NCBI GenBank assembly: GCA_012295275.1
Contig: CM022665.1
Coordinates: 2,728,001-2,792,000 of the forward strand
DNA length: 64,000 nucleotides
Direction of reading: 5' to 3'
From: Chrysomallon squamiferum
Lineage: Eukaryota > Animalia > Mollusca
Both the position numbers and the translations under genes were made by a program. The number at the start of each line of letters is the position of its first letter. The stretch's first letter is position 1. Under the pieces are notes generated by a model. It saw nothing but the letters and a program-made list of their open reading frames with translations, did no database searches and was not told where the DNA came from. Below, piece after piece: positions 41,101 to 53,913 of this stretch.

Positions 41101-44100
41101 TGTCCATATACTAATTTTTCAGATAGGTGTAGTTAATCAGTACAAATAAAAACAAACTAAACTGTAAAATTAATTTGTTTGTTTTACTATTATACTAGAT
41201 ACTACAGAACAGATAAAGATAACTTTATTTAATTAGTTTCCATATTTTGTTTGAATAAAGAAAATACAAATTCTGAGTTGCAACATTTTTTTTAAAGTTG
41301 ATTTTTTTTTATTATTATTTTTTATCTTGAATGAAACCATTAATTTGACTGAAAAATGGTTTTAAAATAAACTGAACATCATAATGATTTATAAATCCAT
41401 TAACAGCTGAGCATTCTGTGATTTAAAATGAATCCTGTGATATATTTAACTTAGAAAATAATGTTAAAACTATCAGTGTTGTAAGTGGATAATAAAGCAT
41501 TTACTTTTTTGTTGTTGTGTTGACAGGTTGTCAAATCATTAGGATCTTGTGTTACTACTATTCAGCCAGACCTTATCGTGTTACTCAAGGATGAATCTGT
41601 TGAGGTTTGCTCTTTGTTTTTATTTATGGATTTCCAGTCTTGTAACAGATAATTCTCTGTTCAAAAAAAAAAAAAAAAGAAAAGAAGAAAATTTTGTTTT
41701 TAAAAAATTTGATTATATAAATGAAACAGTACTGTTTAAAATAAGGTGGAGTGATTACATTAAAAGATGAACAAATATCTGTATCAAGAATATTAATCTG
41801 TTACTGAATAATTTATGAATTATTTTGCTGTGATTAACTGATAGGGTGTTTCCTTGTCATACTGTTGTTGTTTTGTTTATTTTGTTTTGTAAAATGACAA
41901 TACTGATGTGTTTTGAAGGTTCTGCAAGGAGTGATCACTTATCTTCCAGAAACACTTTCGGCTTTAGCATGTTGTGGCACACCAGTTGTTACTGATGCTA
42001 AGGTACAGTTAGACTATATTCATTTTAATTTTTTTATTTTAAGTATACATTTAGTATTTTATTATTTAGATATTATTTTTCTAGATTTATTTTAATTCAT
42101 ATGTTTGAACATTTTACTGACAGTAAATTGGGTAATGTTAGAAAAACATGCAATACTTTCTTTATTAAGTAATACAAACCTGCATGGTTACATAAGGCAA
42201 AGTCATGTTACTGGAAATGCCTAATAATTTGTTTTTGGTCTATTAATGTATTTGCAGTTTCAACTTTTTTGTCTTCTGACTTTTATCATATTAAAGCAGT
42301 GACACTTGATATTTTATACATTGGATAAATCAGGGAAGTCAGCAAGTCTTGACTAGTGTGTTTTAATGTGTTGCGTGATGTGTGGTTTGTTTGTTGCAGA
42401 CTGTGTCAGACATCATTCCTGTAATTCTGGAAGCTGAACAGATTATATCGGCATCTAACAACTGGCGACTTCAAGAAATTCTCATGACCAACCTGGCTTG
42501 TCTGCCAACTTGTTGTCTCAATGATATGATATGCAACAGAGTCATTCCAATGCTATTCCAGAAAATGAAGACAGCTGTTGGTTTTTCTTCATCATTTATT
42601 AAAATTATTTCTATAATGTAAATAAATCTTTAAAAAAAAAAAAAATAACTACCATGGATGTTAATAGTTTAAGAGTAGGATGACAAGAAACAAAACTGAT
42701 TAGTCAAGTGATTTGGTGTTTTTGGTGGAGAGTGTTAAATGTTATTTTTACTTCTTGTTACAGAGAGCATTACCTGTTCGACATGCAGCAGCTCGTACAG
42801 TTCTGCAGCTGATGAGAAACCTCAGAAAACTGGAGCAACGTGAAGCTCTGATACATAGATTTATTGATGGTAATAATACCTTTTTTTCATTTAATTTTTA
42901 AAACTCATTGCTGATATAAAAAAAAAAAATTAACAGAATGACTTGATTCATATACATTATACAGTTAATTTGTTATTGATCAATATTATAACCCATAATC
43001 ATATATTTTCTCATTTGTTCTTTCAGAATTTTGTCATGGAAAAAGCTGTCATCAGAGGAACATGTTCATTGACATATGTAAATTTGTTATGGAATATTAC
43101 TCAAAAACATTTTTCAAAGAGCATTTTTATGAGCATGTTCTTGAATTGACTTCAGATCCTGTACCAAACATTCGGTTACGGATGTGCTCATTGTTACCAG
43201 ATTTAAAAAGAATGATTAAAATCCCATATGATCGGAATCTTATTCAGCAGCTAGATACTTCAGTTAGAAAGATACTCATTAATGAAAAAGACAGAGATGT
43301 CAATACTGCAATAAAAAAGGTAAGAACTGATCTAAATATAATGCCAAATAAAGTGTTTTGATAATGCAGTTTGGTTTATATCATTTAATGTTTTATTTTC
43401 ATTGTCATCCTCTAACAGAACCTACAAGATTCAAAAGCATTTTTAAATTAGATGTTATTGAAAATTTATATCTAATAATCTAATATTTTGTCAGTTGTTT
43501 CTCCAGTACTGATATTTTAGTTTTCAAAATCATTCACAAACACAATTCAAAGTTATACAATGGACCCAATAAGCTAAAACAACAGCCCACGTTTCAGTCT
43601 AATAATACTAAATTAAATATTAAATATTTACAAATAATTCATGTGCATAGCTTTATTTCTGAATTGTGCCAAGCCCAGTTGAATAAGTTGGTATTTGTTT
43701 ATTATTTTGTAGGCTGTAGAAGAACTGACAAGGTGTCTGTACAGATGGAGTCTGTGGTAAGGATTTCCGCAAAATTGCTGCTGTACAGAATAAATTTAAA
43801 TAAATAGATACTATGAATTAATTTTGTTTTGTGCATGATAAACTAAGTGCTAAAATATATAATCTAATTAACTGACAAAGAAACCTGTAATACCAGTGTC
43901 ACGACATTCAAGCTATTCACTTTAATTACTGTCACTCTAACAATAATTTTTCTATCTGGATAAATATAATCTTTTCCAAGTATGTATATTTTTACATTGT
44001 TTGTTATAAATAGTCACTAAAAGCATATTGAAATTTGGTATACATAATCATCAGATAAAAAACATCTTAACTGATCATAATTCAATATGGACAAATCATT

Positions 44101-47100
44101 AATTTTTACAGTTATCATTACTTTTAATCATAATGTTCATTTTGTTTCCAAGTTGTCAAAAAACCGAAATTATGAAGAAGACATCCATGATCAAGAAAAG
44201 GAAGATGAGGAAAAGAAGATGATTGAACAGGTGAAACAAAAATTTATTTGTTAATAATGATACTGACTATAAACTTACTTATTGATATATACTACTTTAT
44301 ATTACATTCCAGAAATTGAAATTAGTACTCCATCAAAAGATAATAAAAAGGTGAAAAATTGTAACAGTGTGAAAAATAATTTGTCCAATGTTCCAAGATA
44401 ATAATAACAAAATATAATAACACACACAGCTAAAATCTAATATATTAGTATTTTGTTAATGACTAATCATTTTTATTCCTTCAAAATATGTTATGTAAAT
44501 TAATTATGTACATTTATAGGAAGAAAAAGATAAAAAATTGGAAGAAGAAAGTTCGAAGGTCAGAGTTGAAAAGAAAACTACTCCTTCTGCCAGAAAAGGG
44601 GACAATGGTTCTACGAAGATACCACCACCAGCTAAAAAAGGTTTGAAACATATTATATGTTTGTTTTTGTTTGTTCATTCTTTTCATTTTTGTTTCTTTT
44701 CTCTAATAACATTTGTTCTGTCAAAAGCTTTTAACTATCACATATATAAGTAAATTTATTTCTCTAAGGGAATGAGTAGGTTATTTAATTTAAAAACAAG
44801 TTACACAATCATATTTTGGTATTGTTTGTAGTTGTTGTTAAATTTTAAATGTTTCCAACAATGAAGAGATTTATTCATTTTAGTTTCATGTTTGATATTT
44901 TTGTTTGTGCGTTAATTTCACCTATTCATTCATATTTAACTATTGACCAAATTAATTTTCAGTATATTTTAATTGTTAATATTCCAAGTAACTTGAATTT
45001 GAATCTATGATTGTTACCAGGTGTCAGATTCATTAAAAGAACTGAACTCTTATTGCAAACACAAGTGCAAATTTACAAACGTTCATTTAATTATCTTGTT
45101 ATGTTATTAAATACTGATATTAAATTTTATCTAATTTCATTTTTGAGATAGGTAATTTGGACTGAACACTGCTAAATGCTGATTCTAGTCAAATTATTCT
45201 AATACTGGATCAAATCATATGTTAAATATGTGCACACAGAAGCACATATGCACATCTATATTTACAGATACAAACACATACACTCACACACATATGTGCA
45301 CAAATTATTTTCATATGTAATAGATTATAGATTATATATTTTGTGAAAAGATACTTTTTTTTGAATATTTTTACTAAAATTTGTCCAGTTAAAATCAGGT
45401 TGTAAATAAGTTTTAATTACATTTGTGTTGGTAAAGCTTGTTACCACTGAAATAAAAAATGGATGCTTATTACATACCGATATCGAAAAATGTCCTTATT
45501 CAGAGAGTTTTAATTTGTTGAAATAATTATCTGGAGAATAGAACAGCTTAAGTCAGTTGTTGATTCAGTACAGGCTGACTTGTAGGACTTCATCTGCAAC
45601 CAGATTTGTTAATGAAAAGAAAACATTTTTATATCAGTCATACTCCTAGGACAAATTAATTGTAAAGCCTGTTGATAAGCTTTGTAACAAATCAAAAAGT
45701 CAGATAGGATATAATAATTTTAAGAAAGTGTGTGGACAAAAAAAACCCATTAAAATTATACATTGCCTAATCACATATAAATGACAAAAGATGTTATACT
45801 GATACTAAAATACTAAATAATAAAGCCTTCTACATTTAAAACTGAAATTCTTGAAAAAGAAAAAAGAAACAAAGAAAAAGATAATTTTAATAAATAAAAA
45901 GTGGACATTTTTTCAAGATCACCTTTATTTATTTATTTTTATTTTTATTTTTCTGGCTGGAATTAAGAATTAAAAATTAAATATCTAAACATATCTTGTA
46001 TTTATATGTAATAATCATGGAAGTTTCCATGGATTTGCTGATATCCAGAAATCTAATTTAATTTGAATTGTTTCTGAGAAGAATATGAATTGACAGTAAA
46101 ACGTTTTAGTGAAGTGTGGACATTGTTGTTCAAGGTTGATGCATGGATCTTTTATTACCTTGATCCATGTATGTATCACTCTAGCTGTACTGTATACTAA
46201 AACAAATAAGACCTATCTCACAAAACATGCACACATGGAATCTATTGAATAGCCCAAGATCTCCCTTAGTAATGCAATGTCCTTTGCAAGCCTGTATATA
46301 TTATTTTTGTGTTTTCATGTGTCTGAATAAAGCAAGACTTAATATCTGCTGTTTATTTATAATACATGTCATAGATTTTAACTTTTATAGTAAACAAAAT
46401 CAGTTAGATTTGTTGTATCAGCCAACTTATTTTTTCACTAGGTATGGTAGAAAAGACATGTTCTTAACAGTAATTCTTCACTAATATTTGTAACTGCAGT
46501 TCATGAATATGTAAGAAAGAACTAATGCCATTTAATATTAACCTGATTACGATGAAATGCTTTATTAATTATCAGTCTTTTAAACTACATTTTGAATTGT
46601 TGGAAATATCACTGTTTATTGATATTAATAATAGTGCAAATACTTGAAATATGTGAGATTTACATAATTTAATTCTCATCTAATAAATATCTTGGGTTCT
46701 TTTGTTGTTCTTTTGTGGTGTAGTTTTAGCTATTTTTTCTATAATTACTCGAAGTCCCTTTGAGGGTTTAATTTAGTAAACCATTTCCTCGTATCATACT
46801 GCTAAAATCAATAATATAAAAGGCTAAATTGATGTTGGGGTTTTGTTCTGTTACTGCCATCCTCCAAGTCTGCTGGCAGATAAAGATGCAATAAAACATT
46901 CACATCTCATGGGAGGTTGTTGCTGGCAAATTTTGTTATAAGATCAGGTCAGATAGTGTGAATGTGTATAAAGAGCTGTCAGAATAAAAGACATAGTTTT
47001 TTACATATTATATAACATGATTTTATTTATAGAGTTAGTGACAAATTCCACTGTATTTGATTAGATCAATTTCTTAGCAGTTGTGAAAACTGAAGTATAA

Positions 47101-50100
47101 GTATTCCAAAATGTTACTCTAAATATGTATAGAATTAAAAAAAAAAAAAAAAAAAAAAAAATATGTCAAGATTAAGAAATTCATTGATTTATTTTTTTAT
47201 TCTTACAAGTTGTTTTACTGCTAAAGACTACTAAGTTCTTTAATTTACATTTGCTTCATTATTATTATATTGTATTAACATTAGTTATCCCTCATTATAA
47301 ACATTAGTTATCCCTCGTTATAAACAAAACTTAAACAATACATTTACCTTTTTTAATCTTACCCATACACTTATTAATTCAAAAATTAATATTATAATTA
47401 GAGTGTCTAATACCTAAGGTTTAAAAATGTATATGGAAGAAAAAAACCCATTAATATTGCTGGTGATTGAATTTGATTTTCTTATGAAGTCATCTTTATT
47501 AAAGACTATTTATTTTTCATTTCTCTTCAATTTTTCTTATACAGAAAGATAGCAAACGTTTTATTTTTTTACAAATTTCTTGGTTATTATTTGGCAGTCA
47601 GTATTTTCTTTTGGAAAAATACTTAACCATTTGTGTATTTGTTGGTTTCCATGCTGTTAAGAAGTTAAATTGTTGGTATATTTATTGCATTTTTTTTAAT
47701 GGCAACTGTTATTTCAGAGTCTCTTATTTTTGTTTTGAAAATGTATTTTTCAATGTGAAAACATTCAGTCATAAAATAAGAATGTGATTTATGTGTTGGA
47801 AAGTAAATGTATGCAGAAAAGAGGTACAGTAAGTACAGTCATTATATTCATGTGAAAAATGATTTGTTTATTTTGAATAATTATATTCTCTTATAATTTG
47901 CGTGACATCTTTAGGATCAAAATCAGGATGCAGTAAAGATGTAAGAAAATCATCAAATGTTTCTCTGCCATCTGGTACTTCAGTAGGATCAATGAAAGGT
48001 GAGTTGATCCTAAACTTGCAGATATTTTCAGTCATGTGTGGGCTGTGTTACATCACAGTACCAAAGCACTGACTGATCATTCAAATACATTTTGTGTGAG
48101 AAGTGATCATCATTACTGCATCTTAAACTATGTCTCCATGTATACAGTTTATCTGAAATATTTCCATTGAGATAATATGTTTGTTAAACATGTGAAAAAT
48201 GACACTGTTGAATAAAAGATATTTTGTATTATTTAAGTATTAACAGGCAGTGGTTACGGTTGTATGTTAGGAAATAAGCATTTAATTGTATATAGGAGCA
48301 ACTGTTTATGCATTACTAAAAGTAGTCAGATTAAATTACTATGTTGAAAACAAATTTTGCTGATTCATATTTTGATCAGTAGTTCTGAATGTTTAAAAAA
48401 AAAAAAAATAAAAAAATTAAAAAGATCCTTTTTCAATATTGTAAATGCAAAGATGCTTTCATCTTGAAGATGTTGCACAGCTGTATATGATTAGCAGTGT
48501 TAAGAGGTAGTTTATTTCTTTTATTTCTTATTTTCTTTTCAGTGACATGTCACTTATGTTGACATTAAAGATTTTTTGTTTTAGTCTTCTGGAACTTCTG
48601 TACTTCAAATTTGTTTTATTTTTCTTGTGAAGAGCCTTTATTAGTCACAAACACTAATGTAACAAGTGTTCACTCTGCTGTTTTTCTTGTTTCTGTACAC
48701 TTGTAATGTCATATCATAGATAGAAATGAATGATTTATCAAATAGAAATGTACCTGTTTCTCACTACATGTCTGACAAAAACAAATAGTTCTGTAAACTG
48801 TAGTTCACATACAATTGGTTGTGTACAATTAACCTAAACTTTTTTTTTTTTCATTCTTTTATTTAGATTGCATTATTTTTTAACAAAAGTCATTTTCTGA
48901 AATGAAATAATATGGTACAGTTTAGAATTCATCCATCACAAACTGTGTTTTATACATTTATTGATCCAAAAATATGAATATTATACATTTAGAATATACC
49001 CAACTACAGATGACCAATGAAACGAATTCTCAGTTGATCAAGCCTAAATCTTCTACAAACATTCCATCTATCTCACATATTCCTCGCAGAGGTAAGACAG
49101 CATGGCAGAAAACATAACCCTGCATGCAACTCTGAGGAACCAAAAACAAATAGATTACATTAAAGACACATCTTCTTGTGGGCAGCACTTGCTGCATTTG
49201 ATTAATATTAATGATATCCATACAAGTAGTGAAACTGGAACGATGTAGACTGAATTCATGTTCTAATTTAACAAATTATTTAGAAGAAATTTTACCACCA
49301 AGTCCATGATTCTTTCACAAATGAATGTACTAACATGGATGTGTTGATCATAAACTGTCTTCCCAGAACTTGCATGTTAAAATCAGTGAGAGTAGAAACT
49401 TTGCATGTTAGAACCTTTTCTGTAAACGTAGGAAGTTAATCACACATAAACAAACATTTCTGTATGTCTTTATTTATTATGTATTATATAAAACATCATA
49501 TATAGAACTAGTGAAAGAATTATATTAGATGGTTCCACCCAAAATAAATAACTTCCTTTAATCACCATTTGCTTATGCATGTGTATGTCAAAACTAGATT
49601 AGATTTTTACAGATAAAAACGTCAGTGAGTGATGGGTGTCTGTGAAAGTGTAACATCTGGATACTTGTGTGTTTGATTGAGTTGTTTTGTGAGATCAAGC
49701 TTGTGCACATGTCTGTATGTAAAAAAAAAAAATGATCAGTTACATTGTATGACGAGTATTTCAGATTTGAATTATGACAACATTATCACAATTCTCTTAA
49801 CAGTTTTTAAATCCATTCATAGATTTTCAGCCTAATCGGCTACCTTTAAAGATTAAATATGAACAGGCTCCACCAGTGGATTCAACACCTATCATTAATG
49901 GTATGTTTGCATAATTACATGCCTTTAGATAACATTAAGGTTGTGTGAAAGTCAAAAAGAACAATATTTGTGTTCACATCTTTTTGAATAAATAAATAAA
50001 TAAATTATTATTATTTTTTTTTTTTCTAATATAAAATATTTATGGTGGAACATTTTGTTGGAACATATTGTTGGTCTGTATATTTAAGAGAAGTATGATA

Positions 50101-53100
50101 AATATAAAAATGTGTGAAAACGTATGGCTGTATCAGACTCAACTCATGTTAGACTTGGGAAAAATATTTATTCATTTATTGATTGATTGATTTTTTAATG
50201 TAATCATGTTACTCCTCTCCTAAGTTATTGCTGTTCTATTGCATATTACCGTAGATAGTAAAGCATATTCTGCTCTGCCAAAGAAGGAGAGTAATTGTAA
50301 AATACCCGTCTTCACTGCCTTGCAAGGTACAGGTCAGTATACCGCCAGGAATGCTGCATGCTATATTTGAAAGATCACAGAAATGCATTTCACTTAAAAA
50401 TAGTAATACTTCAACTAATTGTTTTATAATGATTTGATTTTAGATTGCCCAGTGATGCTTTAATTTTATTATTATTATATTTTTAATTTACTAGTTTATT
50501 TTATCATTTTGTGCTGGTTCAAATAACATGCAAAAAGGACATACATAGTTTCTTGTCTGAAAGAATGAACGTCATATATCTTCCCAGTGGATTATAAACA
50601 TAAAAATATAGTATATGCTTTGACAGTCACTGATTGAACAAAATTTAAGCATTCTTGTTTTTCATTTGTTTTAGTTAGCAGGTGGTATACAGGTTCAGCT
50701 ATGTTCATGCTTAGACTTTATAGTAGTTAAATAAAATTTTAAAAAAATGTAAACAAATAAAGTCATTTAAGTAAACCATTTCAATAACGATATTATCAAT
50801 TACTGTTGTAAATTCAGAATTGAATATAATCAATACTTTATGCTGTTCAGTTACTACATAAACATTAAAGCAAAAGAGTAAATTATCACATAACAAAATT
50901 AAATACGAATGTCTTAAAACTTGACATAGTTGAATATATTACTTGAATTTTTTTTTCTACAAATGAAGTAATGTTATTTTTGTCAACACAAATCTGCACA
51001 CTGTAAAGTGACAGTTGACTTCACTGTGTTGAAAACTTTCAAAACTCTCATCACTGTGCTAAAAAATGCTTAATTAAACATTCCTCAGTCAGTTAAACTT
51101 GTCCCTGATGTATTTCTCTGTCATTGCCATTTTTGGAAAAATTGAAAACTGCATGGCCAGTTCAAAAGTGCATGCATAACTGACATTCAGATATAGAAGC
51201 TACAGTGCCAGTTGGATGCTATCCAGTACACATATCAAAGTCCAAGCACGTTTTATTTATTGTACTTAATGTTACATGTAAAAGTTCAAAAGAGTTTATG
51301 TAGTTAAGCCAGTATGTGAGAACACTCATTTATACACAAAGTGTAAAGCAATATTCACATTGTAAAATCACATTAGATAAACTCTTTTGTCTATACCTAT
51401 GTATCTGTTGAAGACATTGGAATGTACACATACTTGAGCAGGCACCTTTACCATAAACAGAGTTTATTGTTTTATCTTCTTTTTTTTCTTTTTTTTTGCT
51501 GCCATACCTTGAGACATTATTACATATATGGAAATGGCATGCCTGATTTCTAAATTGCTTTGTTATCACACTCATGCCTACATAAACAATTAATAATCTG
51601 ATGACTTTCCCATATACCTGATGAAGATATGATTTTTACATTTGAAACTAACTGACTTGAAACTTTCAAACGGTTATAATAAACTTAATCCAAATTAGCT
51701 ACCTTGTTAGTTAAATTATATTCATATGCTTGTTTTCAGACTAAATTTATTAAAACAGATTAATTACATTAAATAAAATAAATATAAATTTAGCTATTGT
51801 GTTTTTAACTTATTATTAAGTATATTCTTTCACTAGTATGGGTATGCATACTTAGAGGCATGTCTGATATACTCACATGCATAGATATATGAAAATTATT
51901 AAGAAATTTAACATACCTCAAAGTTACCTGATATTGGTTTAAATTTTTGTATCTTGTAAACAAACATTATTTAAGTACGTAAGCATGTTTCTTAATTTAT
52001 CAGGTCCTTTGTTCGAATGCATTCTTTGTGTGTAATCTGTTAAATCAGATGGATGTGTTTTGAACATGTTCTGTAACTGTTAATTTAAAAATAATAACAT
52101 TATGAATTAAATGGTTGACAGGAATACACAGTACAGTTTTTCAGTTTGTTATGAAGATTCTGTATTTTAATTTTTTTTATAAAAAAAAATTATTATTATT
52201 ATTTTTCAGGTAGTTTTCAACAAGAATTTTTTGATTCAATGTATTTTTTTTTATTTGTATCTTGCTATAAGCAGTTATGATTTATTCTTCATAGCTATAC
52301 TGTTTTACTATTTTATTTATTTATTATTATTAAGTTAATTATAAGGAACACTGTTTTATTCTCTATTTCTTACATTGCTTTAAAATAGTAATTAATTGAC
52401 AAATCTGATAAAGGCAGATATTATGAAGAGAAACAGTACAGTTTTAATAAAAAAATTTCAGCCTTGTTTATTATTTGATTTAACTGTTTGTGCATATATG
52501 TGCATGAAGTATGCACATGCTCTGTTACTTGCATGTTTTTTTGTTTTGTTGTTTTGTTTAGCATGTATAATTAATTTTGTGTTGTAAGACAGGTAATGAC
52601 TGCAGGTATCTATTTACTACATGTGAATATATTTAAAACATCTTGACATTATACAGTTCAGTGTGTTAAAAAACTGATGCATAGAAATGTTTTTAATTTA
52701 ATTTAATTTTTTTTTTTTTCTTGTGAAATATTACAAACCATTTGTGTGCATTAAAATTTATCATTGGGGTAAAACACACACACACACACACACACAAGCT
52801 AATTTTGATATTGTGACAAAATATAAATATCTTCTTTAGTGATAACCTTTTTTTTTTTTCTGTATAAATTTACATTTAAGGAATATTAGTTGTTTTCATA
52901 TTTCTTTGGTATTTGATTTAATGCCATATTTGTTGAAGCCTGCAAATTTCTATAAAGTAATAATTTACAGCAAAGAATCTTGACTTCAGTTTTTGTAGTC
53001 TAACAACTGTTACTTAATACCAGCCTATTAAAAGAGCATGGGTAATATATGGAACTTCATTTATGTTGAAAACTGTTATTTTAAATTAATTTTATTATTT

Positions 53101-53874
53101 AGCTTTGAGATTCTAAAAATCAAATGAGATATATATAACTTGTCATTTAATTATTTCAGTACTCAACACCAACAACAAATCACCTATTTTGAAGACTTCA
53201 AAGCCAACTACCCTTACTGTTAGTACTGGAAGTGCTGCAAACAGGTTAGTCATAGGCTGTTCATAAAAACCCATTGTAAATTGTCATTAGATATAAATAA
53301 AAACAAATTTAAAACTGTTAAAAATCCTCTTAAAATTGAAAATAATATTATCTTTCTATAATATTTCTTATTTTATTGGCTTGGAATATATTATATAAAA
53401 AAAAATGTATTTGTTATTTAGGTTATTTAGGTTATTACTTAAATAACAAAATATTTAATTAACAATACTTGCTTTATTATGTTTATTTCTGATCAGTGGT
53501 TCCCAACCTTTCTTGCTCCATGCCCCACTTTAACATCTGAAAAATGATTACATCCCCCTTTCATATAAAAACAAACTGAGTTTTGTAAAAGTGTAATTAC
53601 TGTAATATAAAGCAGAAGTCCTTTAATTAAACAAAGCTAAAAATTAGGCAAACAACTTTTTCAGATAATGATAACTGGAAGTTTGGTCGTATTATATCAC
53701 TTTCATTGGGAATCACTGTTTTAGAGTATCAGCCTTGTATACTTAATAAATAATAGAAACCTCAGACCTTTTAAGAATGCATATTCTTCATTCATAACTT
53801 AACATCTTCCATTGATTTGTTAATGTTTTCCATTCCTGGGATAATATACCAATATTATTTTTATTTTTAAATTT

Positions 53875-53913
<39 letters not shown>

